DNA of 64,000 nucleotides from assembly GCA_964016885.1 (NCBI GenBank), contig OZ024756.1:10416001-10480000 (forward strand), read 5' to 3'. This DNA is from Eledone cirrhosa. Its lineage: Eukaryota. Below are positions 13,101 to 29,250 of the stretch, in pieces (within the stretch, counting starts at the first letter, position 1; each line of letters opens with the position of its first letter). Below the pieces are notes generated by a model, which worked only from the letters and a program-made list of their open reading frames with translations, searched no databases and was not told where the DNA came from. Position numbers and translations under genes: made by a program.

Positions 13101-16100
13101 TTATGGAACCAGTTGGTACTGTATGTAGTAACAGTTTATGGAACCAGTTGGTACTGTATGTAGTAACAGTTATTATGGAACCAGTTGGTACTGTACTTAG
13201 TAACAGTTATTGTGGAACCAGTTGGTACTGTATGTAGTAACAGTTATTATGGAACCAGTTGGTACTGTATGTAGTAACAGTTATTATGGCACCAGTTGGT
13301 ACTGTATGTAGTAACAGTTATTATGGAACCAGTTGGTACTGTATGTAGTAACAGTTATTATGGAACCAGTTGGTACTGTATGTAGTAACAGTTATTATGG
13401 CACCAGTTGGTACTGTACTTAGTAACAGTTATTATGGCACCAGTTGGTACTGTATGTAGTAACAGTTATTATGGCACCAGTTGGTACTGTATGTAGTAAC
13501 AGTTATTATGGCACCAGTTGGTACTGTATGTAGTAACAGTTATTATGGAACCAGTTGGTACTGTATGTAGTAACAGTTATTATGGAACCAGTTGGTACTG
13601 TATGTAGTAACAGTTATTATGGCACCAGTTGGTACTGTATGTAGTAACAGTTATTATGGAACCAGTTGGTACTGTATGTAGTAACAGTTATTATGGAACC
13701 AGTTGGTACTGTATGTAGTAACAGTTATTATGGAACCAGTTGGTACTGTATGTAGTAACAGTTATTATGGAACCAGTTGGTACTGTATGTAGTAACAGTT
13801 ATTATGGAACCAGTTGGTACTGTATGTAGTAACAGTTATTATGGAACCAGTTGGTACTGTATGTAGTAACAGTTATTATGGCACCAGTTGGTACTGTACT
13901 TAGTAACAGTTATTATGGACACCAGTTGGTACTGTATGTAGTAACAGTTATTATGGCACCAGTTGGTACTGTATGTAGTAACAGTTATTATGGCACCAGT
14001 TGGTACTGTATGTAGTAACAGTTATTATGGAACCAGTTGGTACTGTTTGTAGTAACAGTTATTATGGAACCAGTTGGGACTGTATGTAGTAACAGTTATT
14101 ATGGAACCAGTTGGTACTGTTTGTAGTAACAGTTATTATGGAACCAGTTGGTACTGTTTGTAGTAACAGTTATTATGGCACCAGTTGGTACTGTATGTAG
14201 TAACAGTTATTATGGAACCAGTTGGTACTGTATGTAGTAACAGTTATTATGGAACCAGTTGGTACTGTATGTAGTAACAGTTATTATGGAACCAGTTGGT
14301 ACTGTATGTAGTAACAGTTATTATGGAACCAGTTGGTACTGTATGTAGTAACAGTTATTATGGAACCAGTTGGTACTGTATGTAGTAACAGTTATTATGG
14401 AACCAGTTGGTACTGTTGTAGTAACAGTTATTATGGAACCAGTTGGTACTGTTTGTAGTAACAGTTATTATGGCACCAGTTGGTACTGTATGTAGTAACA
14501 GTTATTATGGAACCAGTTGGTACTGTATGTAGTAACAGTTATTATGGAACCAGTTGGTACTGTATGTAGTAACAGTTATTATGGAACCAGTTGGTACTGT
14601 ACTTAGTAACAGTTATTATGGAACCAGTTGGTACTGTATGTAGTAACAGTTATTATGGAACCAGTTGGTACTGTATGTAGTAACAGTTATTATGGAACCA
14701 GTTGGTACTGTATGTAGTAACAGTTATTATGGAACCAGTTGGTACTGTATGTAGTAACAGTTATTATGGAACCAGTTGGTACTGTTTGTAGTAACAGTTA
14801 TTATGGCACCAGTTGGTACTGTATGTAGTAACAGTTATTATGGAACCAGTTGGTACTGTTTGTAGTAACAGTTATTATGGCACCAGTTGGTACTGTATGT
14901 AGTAACAGTTATTATGGCACCAGTTGGTACTGTATGTAGTAACAGTTATTATGGCACCAGTTGGTACTGTATGTAGTAACAGTTATTATGGCACCAGTTG
15001 GTACTGTATGTAGTAACAGTTATGGCACCAGTTGGTACTGTATGTAGTAACAGTTATGGAACCAGTTGGTACTGTATGTAGTAACAGTTATGGAACCAGT
15101 TGGTACTGTATGTAGTAACAGTTATTATGGAACCAGTTGGTACTGTATGTAGTAACAGTTATTATGGCACCAGTTGGTACTGTATGTAGTAACAGTTATT
15201 ATGGCACCAGTTGGTACTGTATGTAGTAACAGTTATTATGGCACCAGTTGGTACTGTATGTAATAACAGTTATTATGGCACCAGTTGGTACTGTATGTAG
15301 TAACAGTTATGGCACCAGTTGGTACTGTATGTAGTAACAGTTATGGAACCAGTTGGTACTGTATGTAGTAAGTTATTATGGAACCAGTTGGTACTGTTTG
15401 TAGTAACAGTTATTATGGAACCAGTTGGTACTGTATGTAGTAACAGTTATTATGGAACCAGTTGGTACTGTATGTAGTAACAGTTATTGTGGAACCAGTT
15501 GGTACTGTATGTAGTAACAGTTATTATGGAACCAGTTGGTACTGTATGTAGTAACAGTTATTATGGAACCAGTTGGTACTGTATGTAGTAACAGTTATTA
15601 TGGAACCAGTTGGTACTGTACTTAGTAACAGTTATTATGGAACCAGTTGGTACTGTATGTAGTAACAGTTATTATGGAATCAGTTGGTACTGTATGTAGT
15701 AACAGTTATTATGGAACCAGTTGGTACTGTATGTAGTAACAGTTATTGTGGAACCAGTTGGTACTGTATGTAGTAACAGTTATTATGGAACCAGTTGGTA
15801 CTGTATGTAGTAACAGTTATTATGGAACCAGTTGGTACTGTATGTAGTAACAGTTATTATGGAACCAGTTGGTACTGTATGTAGTAACAGTTATTATGGA
15901 ACCAGTTGGTACTGTACTTAGTAACAGTTATTATGGAACCAGTTGGTACTGTATGTAGTAACAGTTATTGTGGAACCAGTTGGTACTGTACTTAGTAACA
16001 GTTATTATGGAACCAGTTGGTACTGTACTTAGTAACAGTTATTATGGAACCAGTTGGTACTGTATGTAGTAACAGTTATTATGGAACCAGTTGGTACTGT

Positions 16101-19100
16101 ATGTAGTAACAGTTATTATGGAACCAGTTGGTACTGTATGTAGTAACAGTTATTATGGAACCAGTTGGTACTGTATGTAGTAACAGTTATTATGGAACCA
16201 GTTGGTACTGTACTTAGTAACAGTTATTATGGAACCAGTTGGTACTGTATGTAGTAACAGTTATTGTGGAACCAGTTGGTACTGTACTTAGTAACAGTTA
16301 TTATGGAACCAGTTGGTACTGTATGTAGTAACAGTTATTATGGAACCAGTTGGTACTGTATGTAGTAACAGTTATTATGGAACCAGTTGGTACTGTATGT
16401 AGTAACAGTTATTATGGAACCAGTTGGTACTGTACTTAGTAACAGTTATTATGGAACCAGTTGGTACTGTATGTAGTAACAGTTATTGTGGAACCAGTTG
16501 GTACTGTACTTAGTAACAGTTATTATGGAACCAGTTGGTACTGTATGTAGTAACAGTTATTGTGGAACCAGTTGGTACTGTACTTAGTAACAGTTATTAT
16601 GGAACCAGTTGGTACTGTTTGTAGTAACAGTTATTATGGAACCAGTTGGTACTGTATGTAGTAACAGTTATTATGGAACCAGTTGGTACTGTTTGTAGTA
16701 ACAGTTATGGAACCAGTTGGTACTGTATGTAGTAACAGTTATTATGGAACCAGTTGGTACTGTATGTAGTAACAGTTATGGAACCAGTTGGTACTGTATG
16801 TAGTAACAGTTATTATGGAACCAGTTGGTACTGTATGTAGTAACAGTTATTATGGAACCAGTTGGTACTGTATGTAGTAACAGTTATTATGGAACCAGTT
16901 GGTACTGTATGTAGTAACAGTTATTATGGAACCAGTTGGTACTGTACTTAGTAACAGTTATTATGGAACCAGTTGGTACTGTATGTAGTAACAGTTATTG
17001 TGGAACCAGTTGGTACTGTACTTAGTAACAGTTATTATGGAACCAGTTGGTACTGTATGTAGTAACAGTTATTATGGAACCAGTTGGTACTGTATGTAGT
17101 AACAGTTATTATGGAACCAGTTGGTACTGTATGTAGTAACAGTTATTATGGAACCAGTTGGTACTGTACTTAGTAACAGTTATTATGGAACCAGTTGGTA
17201 CTGTATGTAGTAACAGTTATTGTGGAACCAGTTGGTACTGTACTTAGTAACAGTTATTATGGAACCAGTTGGTACTGTATGTAGTAACAGTTATTGTGGA
17301 ACCAGTTGGTACTGTACTTAGTAACAGTTATTATGGAACCAGTTGGTACTGTATGTAGTAACAGTTATTATGGAACCAGTTGGTACTGTATGTAGTAACA
17401 GTTATTATGGAACCAGTTGGTACTGTATGTAGTAACAGTTATTATGGAACCAGTTGGTACTGTACTTAGTAACAGTTATTATGGAACCAGTTGGTACTGT
17501 ATGTAGTAACAGTTATTATGGAACCAGTTGGTACTGTATGTAGTAACAGTTATTATGGAACCAGTTGGTACTGTATGTAGTAACAGTTATTATGGAACCA
17601 GTTGGTACTGTATGTAGTAACAGTTATTATGGAACTAGTTGGTACTGTACTTAGTAACAGTTATTATGGCACCAGTTGGTACTGTATGTAGTAACAGTTA
17701 TTGTGGCACCAGTTGGTACTGTATGTAGTAACAGTTATTGTGGAACCAGTTGGTACTGTACTTAGTAACAGTTATTATGGAACCAGTTGGTACTGTATGT
17801 AGTAACAGTTATTATGGAACCAGTTGGTACTGTATGTAGTAACAGTTATTATGGAACCAGTTGGTACTGTATGTAGTAACAGTTATTATGGAACCAATTG
17901 GTACTGTATGTAGTAACAGTTATTATGGAACTAGTTGGTACTGTACTTAGTAACAGTTATTATGGCACCAGTTGGTACTGTATGTAGTAACAGTTATTAT
18001 GGCACCAGTTGGTACTGTATGTAGTAACAGTTATTGTGGAACCAGTTGGTACTGTACTTAGTAACAGTTATTATGGAACCAGTTGGTACTGTATGTAGTA
18101 ACAGTTATTATGGAACCAGTTGGTACTGTATGTAGTAACAGTTATTATGGAACTAGTTGGTACTGTATGTAGTAACAGTTATTATGGAACCAGTTGGTAC
18201 TGTATGTAATAACAGTTATTATGGAACCAGTTGGTACTGTACTTAGTAACAGTTATTATGGAACCAGTTGGTACTGTATGTAGTAACAGTTATTGTGGAA
18301 CCAGTTGGTACTGTACTTAGTAACAGTTATTATGGAACCAGTTGGTACTGTATGTAGTAACAGTTATTATGGAACCAGTTGGTACTGTATGTAGTAACAG
18401 TTATTATGGAACCAGTTGGTACTGTATGTAGTAACAGTTATTGTGGAACCAGTTGGTACTGTACTTAGTAACAGTTATTATGGAACCAGTTGGTACTGTA
18501 CTTAGTAACAGTTATTATGGAACCAGTTGGTACTGTATGTAGTAACAGTTATTATGGAACCAGTTGGTACTGTATGTAGTAACAGTTATTGTGGAACCAG
18601 TTGGTACTGTACTTAGTAACAGTTATTATGGAACCAGTTGGTACTGTACTTAGTAACAGTTATTATGGAACCAGTTGGTACTGTATGTAGTAACAGTTAT
18701 TATGGAACCAGTTGGTACTGTATGTAGTAACAGTTATTATGGAACCAGTTGGTACTGTATGTAGTAACAGTTATTGTGGAACCAGTTGGTACTGTACTTA
18801 GTAACAGTTATTATGGAACCAGTTGGTACTGTACTTAGTAACAGTTATTATGGAACCAGTTGGTACTGTATGTAGTAACAGTTATTATGGAACCAGTTGG
18901 TACTGTATGTAGTAACAGTTATTGTGGAACCAGTTGGTACTGTACTTAGTAACAGTTATTATGGAACCAGTTGGTACTGTACTTAGTAACAGTTATTATG
19001 GAACCAGTTGGTACTGTATGTAGTAACAGTTATTATGGAACCAGTTGGTACTGTATGTAGTAACAGTTATTATGGAACCAGTTGGTACTGTATGTAGTAA

Positions 19101-22100
19101 CAGTTATTATGGAACCAGTTGGTACTGTATGTAGTAACAGTTATTATGGAACCAGTTGGTACTGTATGTAATAACAGTTATTATGGCACCAGTTGGTACT
19201 GTATGTAGTAACAGTTATTATGGAACCAGTTGGTACTGTATGTAGTAACAGTTATTATGGAACCAGTTGGTACTGTATGTAGTAACAGTTATTATGGAAC
19301 CAGTTGGTACTGTATGTAGTAACAGTTATTATGGAACCAGTTGGTACTGTATGTAATAACAGTTATTATGGAACCAGTTGGTACTGTACTTAGTAACAGT
19401 TATTATGGAACCAGTTGGTACTGTATGTAGTAACAGTTATTATGGAACCAGTTGGTACTGTATGTAGTAACAGTTATTATGGAACCAGTTGGTACTGTAT
19501 GTAGTAACAGTTATTATGGAACCAGTTGGTACTGTATGTAGTAACAGTTATTATGGAACCAGTTGGTACTGTATGTAGTAACAGTTATTATGGAACCAGT
19601 TGGTACTGTATGTAGTAACAGTTATTATGGAACCAGTTGGTACTGTATGTAGTAACAGTTATTATGGAACCAGTTGGTACTGTATGTAGTAACAGTTATT
19701 ATGGAACCAGTTGGTACTGTATGTAGTAACAGTTATTATGGAACCAGTTGGTACTGTATGTAGTAACAGTTATTATGGAACCAGTTGGTACTGTATGTAG
19801 TAACAGTTATTATGGAACCAGTTGGTACTGTATGTAGTAACAGTTATTATGGAACCAGTTGGTACTGTATGTAGTAACAGTTATTATGGAACCAGTTGGT
19901 ACTGTATGTAGTAACAGTTATTATGGAACCAGTTGGTACTGTATGTAGTAACAGTTATTATGGAACCAGTTGGTACTGTATGTAGTAACAGTTATTATGG
20001 AACCAGTTGGTACTGTATGTAGTAACAGTTATTATGGAACCAGTTGGTACTGTATGTAGTAACAGTTATTATGGAACCAGTTGGTACTGTATGTAGTAAC
20101 AGTTATTATGGAACCAGTTGGTACTGTATGTAGTAACAGTTATTATGGAACCAGTTGGTACTGTATGTAGTAACAGTTATTATGGAACCAGTTGGTACTG
20201 TATGTAATAACAGTTATTATGGCACCAGTTGGTACTGTATGTAGTAACAGTTATTATGGAACCAGTTGGTACTGTATGTAGTAACAGTTATTATGGAACC
20301 AGTTGGTACTGTACTTAGTAACAGTTATTATGGAACCAGTTGGTACTGTATGTAGTAACAGTTATTATGGCACCAGTTGGTACTGTACTTAGTAACAGTT
20401 ATTATGGAACCAGTTGGTACTGTATGTAGTAACAGTTATTATGGAACCAGTTGGTACTGTATGTAGTAACAGTTATTATGGCACCAGTTGGTACTGTACT
20501 TAGTAACAGTTATTATGGAACCAGTTGGTACTGTATGTAGTAACAGTTATTATGGCACCAGTTGGTACTGTATGTAGTAACAGTTATTATGGAACCAGTT
20601 GGTACTGTATGTAGTAACAGTTATTATGGAACCAGTTGGTACTGTACTTAGTAACAGTTATTATGGAACCAGTTGGTACTGTATGTAGTAACAGTTATTA
20701 TGGAACCAGTTGGTACTGTATGTAGTAACAGTTATTATGGAACCAGTTGGTACTGTACTTAGTAACAGTTATTATGGAACCAGTTGGTACTGTATGTAGT
20801 AACAGTTATTATGGAACCAGTTGGTACTGTACTTAGTAACAGTTATTATGGAACCAGTTGGTACTGTACTTAGTAACAGTTATTATGGAACCAGTTGGTA
20901 CTGTATGTAGTAACAGTTATTATGGAACCAGTTGGTACTGTATGTAGTAACAGTTATTATGGAACCAGTTGGTACTGTATGTAGTAACAGTTATTATGGA
21001 ACCAGTTGGTACTGTACTTAGTAACAGTTATTATGGAACCAGTTGGTACTGTACTTAGTAACAGTTATTATGGAACCAGTTGGTACTGTATGTAGTAACA
21101 GTTATTATGGAACCAGTTGGTACTGTATGTAGTAACAGTTATTATGGCACCAGTTGGTACTGTACTTAGTAACAGTTATTATGGAACCAGTTGGTACTGT
21201 ACTTAGTAACAGTTATTATGGAACCAGTTGATACTGTACTTAGTAACAGTTATTATGAAACCAGTTGGTACTGTATGTAGTAACAGTTATTGTGGAACCA
21301 GTTTGTACTGTATGTAGTAACAGTTATTATGGAACCAGTTGGTACTGTATGTAGTAACAGTTATTATGGCACCAGTTGGTACTGTATGTAATAACAGTTA
21401 TGGAACCAGTTGGTACTGTATGTAGTAACAGTTATTGTGGAACCAGTTGGTACTGTATGTAGTAACAGTTATTATGAAACCAGTTGGTACTGTATGTAGT
21501 AACAGTTATTATGGAACCAGTTGGTACTGTATGTAGTAACAGTTATTATGAAACCAGTTGGTACTGTATGTAGTAACAGTTATTATGGAACCAGTTGGTA
21601 CTGTATGTAGTAACAGTTATTATGGAACCAGTTGGTACTGTATGTAGTAACAGTTATTATGGAACCAGTTGGTACTGTATGTAGTAACAGTTATTATGAA
21701 ACCAGTTGGTACTGTATGTAGTAACAGTTATTATGGAACCAGTTGGTACTGTATGTAGTAACAGTTATTATGGAACCAGTTGGTACTGTACTTAGTAACA
21801 GTTATTATGGAACCAGTTGGTACTGTACTTAGTAACAGTTATTATGAAACCAGTTGGTACTGTATGTAGTAACAGTTATTGTGGAACCAGTTGGTACTGT
21901 ATGTAGTAACAGTTATTATGGAACCAGTTGGTACTGTATGTAGTAACAGTTATTGTGGAACCAGTTGGTACTGTATGTAGTAACAGTTATTATGGCACCA
22001 GTTGGTACTGTATGTAATAACAGTTATGGAACCAGTTGGTACTGTATGTAGTAACAGTTATTATGAAACCAGTTGGTACTGTATGTAGTAACAGTTATTA

Positions 22101-22724
22101 TGGAACCAGTTGGTACTGTACTTAGTAACAGTTATTATGGAACCAGTTGGTACTGTATGTAGTAACAGTTATTATGGAACCAGTTGGTACTGTATGTAGT
22201 AACAGTTATTATGGAACCAGTTGGTACTGTACTTAGTAACAGTTATTATGGAACCAGTTGGTACTGTATGTAGTAACAGTTATTATGAAACCAGTTGGTA
22301 CTGTATGTAGTAACAGTTATTATGGAACCAGTTGGTACTGTATGTAGTAACAGTTATTATGGAACCAGTTGGTACTGTACTTAGTAACAGTTATTATGGA
22401 ACCAGTTGGTACTGTATGTAGTAACAGTTATTATGAAACCAGTTGGTACTGTATGTAGTAACAGTTATTATGGAACCAGTTGGTACTGTATGTAGTAACA
22501 GTTATTATGGAACTAGTTGGTACTGTATGTAGTAACAGTTATTATGGAACCAGTTGGTACTGTACTTAGTAACAGTTATTATGAAACCAGTTGGTACTGT
22601 ATGTAGTAACAGTTATTATGAAACCAGTTGGTACTGTACTTAGTAACAGTTATTATGAAACCAGTTGGTACTGTATGTAGTAACAGTTATTATGGAACTA
22701 GTTGGTACTGTTTGTAATAACAGT
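7149..22724. repeat. 37-bp satellite array, ~15.6 kb, about 420 copies
   Basis: Unit GGAACCAGTTGGTACTGTATGTAGTAACAGTTATTAT; recurrent point variants and a 34-bp deletion variant; no spacers. Confidence 0.99.
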
Positions 22725-23148
22725 CTTCGTTAATTTGGAAATCATTGGATGTGAAGCTAATTATGATAACCTTGTTTTTCAATTTTGTAAGAAATGTTTA
22801 TTGAAGTTTATCTAATCAAACTTTCACAGAAATATCTCTCTGATTACTACTTATTGATTGTTTAACGATATTTTCCCTGCACTCTATCTACTTGTATGTA
22901 CTTATTATTTTACATTAATCAGCCATGCAGTATTCCTTGTACGCTTGTAATATAATTGTGATTCTATGATAATTGTGATTCTGCGATAATTATGATTGGA
23001 ACATAATTGTGATTCTCTGATAACTATGATTATAACAGAATTTTCTTTATTTAGCTGGCATGAAATTACCCCACCCCCACACACCTGTGCCTTTTTCCGT
23101 CTTTCTTTCGAAACTTTTAACTTGCCTGATGAAATGAGTTTGAGTGAA

Positions 23149-24010
<862 letters not shown>

Positions 24011-24012
24011 AT

Positions 24013-24100
24013 ATGTAAAAGGTAAACAGAAATAACAACACAAACGGTACAGTGTATGGAAGAAATATATTAGTTTTATGCTTGAAATAGAAGGAAGAGG
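24013..24100 (-). mobile_element. Short 3'-terminal piece of the HHR-bearing repeat at 29296-29660
   Basis: TATGTAAAAGGTAAACAGAAATAACAACACAA...GGAAGAGG aligns with 29296-29386. Confidence 0.8.
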
Positions 24101-24174
24101 ATATATATATATATATTTATATATATATAGTGATAAAACATAAGTCAATTGCATGAACTCATAATCCTTTATTT

Positions 24175-24230
24175 ACTGCTATATATATTTCGATGATAGC
24201 CATTGAATGGCTATGACCTCATCAGGCAGT
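24175..24230 (-). ncRNA. Minimal type I hammerhead ribozyme
   Basis: Minus strand: ACTGC-CTGATGA-GGTCATAGCCA-ttcaa-TGGCTATCATC-GAAA-TATATA-TA-GCAGT; core intact. Confidence 0.85.
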
Positions 24231-24309
24231 TAGTCAGTTCTTAGATATGCCAGCTCTGTGTTTATAGTGTTGATGGTATCAGAGCCTTGGGACATATATA
24301 TATATATTA

Positions 24310-24663
24310 GAATATAAATATTAATAAAATAGATGTTCTTTTGATCAATTACATTTTATTATACATATTTCGGATGTACAACAGTACGTCCTCATTAGAC
24401 AAAATATAATGATACATGACATACCCTGAGATGTTAAATGGTTAAGATTTAATCAAGGTAGTGATTAACCTAAGAGAAAATTTAACATTTATACCCTAAT
24501 GATGAGAAAATGCGAAAACGTAATAAATTCAATAGAGCATGTGTGAGTAAGAAAAACGTTTCTTACTGTACCAGTTATCGGAAAATTATTTCCCGTAGAG
24601 TGCTTCCAATCTACTGTAAAACTCATTCTTTGATATACTCATTGAATTTTGTTTAACTCTTCA

Positions 24664-24665
<2 letters not shown>
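24310..24665 (-). mobile_element. PLE-type pseudo-LTR (family B) with degenerate HHR at 24353-24405
   Basis: Homologous to 61366-61812; HHR core reads CTAATGA (G5 mutated), stem II GGACGTAC/GTACATCC, GAAA-TATGTA-TA. Confidence 0.7.
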
Positions 24666-24699
<34 letters not shown>

Positions 24700-24703
24700 A
24701 GGT

Positions 24704-25100
24704 GTCGACGTCACCACCCCTTCCTTCTTCAGTCGACGTCATCACCCTTCCCTCCTCAGTCAACGTCATCACTCCTTCCCTCCTCAGTCGACGTTACCAC
24801 CCCTTCCCTCCTCAGTCGACGTCATCACTCCTTCTATCCTCAGTCGACGTTACCAGCCTGTCCCTCCTCAGTCGACGTCATCACCCCTTCCTTCCTCAGT
24901 CGACGTCATCACCCCTTCCTTCCTCAGTCGACGTCACCACCCCTTCCTTCCTCAGTCAACGTCATAACCCCTTCCTTCTTCAGTCGACGTCATAACCCCT
25001 TCCTTCTTCAGTCGACGTCATCACCCCTTCTTCCCTCAGACGACGTTATCACTCCTTCCTTCCTTCCTCAATCGATGTTCATACCCCTTCCTTCCTCAGT
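24704..25100. repeat. 28-bp minisatellite, about 14 copies
   Basis: Unit CAGTCGACGTCATCACCCCTTCCTTCCT. Confidence 0.95.
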
Positions 25101-25402
25101 CATCTCTAGTGTGTGACGGACAAATACACAAACTTTTATACATCAGTAGATCTTTCTTTTCTTGATTTTTAAAGATTTTCTTCATTCATTAACTCCCCTT
25201 TGTGTTCTTGTTGTCGTCCGTGATGTTTCTCACCCTTGTGGTCAATTAATTTATTATGATGACTACTACCATCATCATCATTACCCCCCCCCCCACACAC
25301 ACACACACATCAGCCCTCCCCTCCCCATTCCAAAACACCTGAAAGTCAAATGTCATTCTTGTATGATAACTTAAATCACAATTGCTGACAAAGAACTGTA
25401 TG

Positions 25403-26580
25403 AGGTGGTGGTAGTGATGGTGGTGGTTGTGATGGTGGTGGTTGCGATGGTGGTGGTTGTGTTGGTGGTGAGGCTGGAGTTTGTGATTATGGTGGAGTTG
25501 TGGTGGTGGTGATGGTGATGGCGGTGGTAGTGATGGTGGTGGTTGTGATGGTGGTGGTTGTGTTGGTGATGGTGGTGGTGAGGCTGGAGTTTGTGATTGT
25601 GGAGTTGTGGTGGTGGTGGTGATGGCGGTGGTTGTGGTGGTGGTGGTAGTGATGGTGGTGGTTGTGTTGCTGATGATGGTGGTGAGGCTGGAGTTTGTGA
25701 TTGTGGTGGAGTTGTGGTGGTGGTGTTGATGGTGATGGCGGTGGTTGTGGTGGTGCTGGTAGTGATGGTGGTGGTTGTGTTGGTGATGATGGTGGTGATG
25801 GTGGAGTTTGTGATTATGGTGGAGTTGTGGTGGTGATGGTGATGGCAGTGGTTGTGGTGGTGGTGGTTGTGTTGGTGATGATGGTGGTGATGGTGGAGTT
25901 TGTGATTATGGTGGAGTTGTGGTGGTGATGGTGATGGCGGTGGTTGTGGTGGTGGTGGTAGTGATGGTGGTGGTTGTGATGGTGGTGGTTGTGTTGGTGA
26001 TGATGGTGGTGAGGCTGGAGTTTGTGATTATGGTGGAGTTGTGGTGGTGATGGCGGTGGTTGTGGTGGTGGTGGTTGTGATGGTGGTGGTTGTGTTGGTG
26101 GTGATGAGGCTGGAGTTTGTGATTATGGTGGAGTTGTGATGGTGATGGCGGTGGCGGTGGCTGTGGTGGTGGTGGTGGTGGTTGTGTTGGTGATGGTGGT
26201 GGTGAGGCTGGAGTTTGTGATTGTGGTGGTGGTGGTGGTGGTGGTGGTAGTGATGGTGGTGGTTGTGATGGTGGCTGTGGTGTTGGAGATGGTGGTGGTG
26301 GTAGTGGCGGTGATGGTGATGGTCGTGTTGGAGATGGTGGTGGTAGTGATGATGATAGTGGTAATGGCAGTGGTGGTGGTGGTGATGATGATGATGGTGG
26401 TCGTAGTGGTGGTGACGATGATGGTAGTGGCAGTGATGATGATGATGATGATGATGGTGGTAGTGATGATGATGATGGTGGTAGTGGTGATGGTGGTAGT
26501 AATGATGATGATGGTTGTGATGGTGATGGTGGTGATGGTGATATTGGCGATGGTAATGGTGGAGGTGGTGATAATGGTAA
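25403..26580. repeat. Imperfect (GGT/GAT)n array with a higher-order unit
   Basis: Recurrent GAGGCTGGAGTTTGTGATTATGGTGGAGTTGTG within GGT repeats. Confidence 0.95.
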
Positions 26581-26657
26581 TACACCATAAGGCCGCCTGC
26601 CTGTGTATATGTCTCTCTCATCATCATCATCGTTTAACGTCTATCTTCCACGCTAGC

Positions 26658-27763
<1,106 letters not shown>

Positions 27764-28380
27764 GGTCACCAGTTGGTGCTACTGGTAACATGTATCCCAG
27801 TACAACCTGTCTCATGGTCGGGTCGTTGGCGACTAAACTGGCAACCCCACCAAGGTTTCTTGGTGAGGAGGGTGACTTTGGACATCCTGCAGGACTAAAA
27901 ACAAAACCTGTCAAAGGGCAAAGGAGCTCTTAAGAGTCAATGGCCATCCAAAATCACCGGGAGAGATGACCCCTTAGCCTTTGTCAAGGCAGAATTCTAG
28001 GAGAAGGAAAACTCTGATATAACACCTGCAACCTTGATGGTATCCAATGATGTTGACTTGTTCTTCTTTTTGGTAAATATCATCTTGGTTAAGAGAGTGG
28101 GACTGGCTTTGTGCAGTGCCTTTGCTCACTATAAAAGCTTCACGGCACAGGCATTGCTTTATATCTGGAGATCTCTCTGCACTTGTCCTCACATGGTACC
28201 ATGGGCCCAGCACTATGTGTCAATAATTGTCACAAGTGTAGTGTTTGTACCAGAGTTTTCAAGTCGCTGGCTGGACTAAAAAGTCACACTCATGCAGCGC
28301 TTCGGTAGGGGTTCTCCTACATGGATATAAAGTAGTGGCCGTACTCGAAAACGAGTTGGCAGCCACCATGTATGTATGTA
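27764..28380 (+). mobile_element. Probable internally deleted LINE derivative (structured 5' region plus C-terminal C2H2-like finger, (TATG)n tail)
   Basis: ~28230-28298 reads [22 protein letters not shown]; 3' end GGCCGTACTCGAAAACGAG...GGCAGCC is echoed at ~40668-40700. Confidence 0.5.
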
Positions 28381-28502
28381 TATATATATATATATATGTA
28401 TATGTATGTATATATATGTATATATATATATATATTTATATATGTATATATATGTATATATATATATATTTATATATGTATATATATATATATTTATATA
28501 TG

Positions 28503-28549
<47 letters not shown>

Positions 28550-28890
28550 GGAGGCACATGGCTTAGTGTTTAGAGCATTGGCCTTGCAATCGAAAGGTTG
28601 TGAGTTAAATTCTCAGACCGGGTGATGTGTTGTTTCCTTGAGCAAGACACTTTATTTCACATTGCTCCAGTTTACTCAGCTTTAGTAATGAGATGATAGG
28701 GACTGGGGTCCCTATCATTCCACTGTAAAGTGGCCGTGGAGGTACCACGGCAAAAAAGCACCCACCACTCACTGTAAATGAGGTTGGTGTTAGGAAGGGC
28801 ATCCAGCTGTAGAAATAAAGCCAGAATCAGTTCCCGTCCCACCCTTGCAAGCAGGGAAAAGCGGACGTAAAATGATGATGATGATGATGA
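28550..28890 (+). mobile_element. tRNA-derived SINE with RTE-derived tail
   Basis: A-box TGGCTTAGTG, B-box GTTAAATTC, CORE-like CCTTGAGCAAGACACTT, tail GGTGTTAGGAAGGGCATCCAGCTGTAGAAA...(GAT)n. Confidence 0.9.
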
Positions 28891-29250
28891 TATATATTGT
28901 TATACTTTGGGAGGGTTATGCTGCCAATAAAAACACACGCACCTGTTGGTTATCACTTCAATTTATTATAAATTGGTTGGTTGGTTCAATAACTGGATGG
29001 TTGTTTATTTATTGTCAAAGCTCTTTTGTCACACATTCTGTGATCTCCTCAGTGACGAAAGAGCTTTCACAATATATAAACAACCATTCGGTTATCGAAC
29101 CAACCAACCAACTGGAAATTTATAATAAATTAAAGTGAAAACCAACAGGTGCGTGTGTTTTATTAGCAGCATGACCCTCCCAAAGTATAACAATATCTGT
29201 TTCAACACACATTTACAGATAAGAAATCTTGCTAAACAAATCCAAAAACG

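Noticed and set aside
7149-22724. CRISPR array (37-bp partly palindromic repeat)
   Set aside because: Units are head-to-tail with no unique spacers, there are no cas genes, and the context is eukaryotic.
28550-28621. tRNA gene
   Set aside because: It is a SINE head, continuous with the CORE-like body and RTE tail in four copies.
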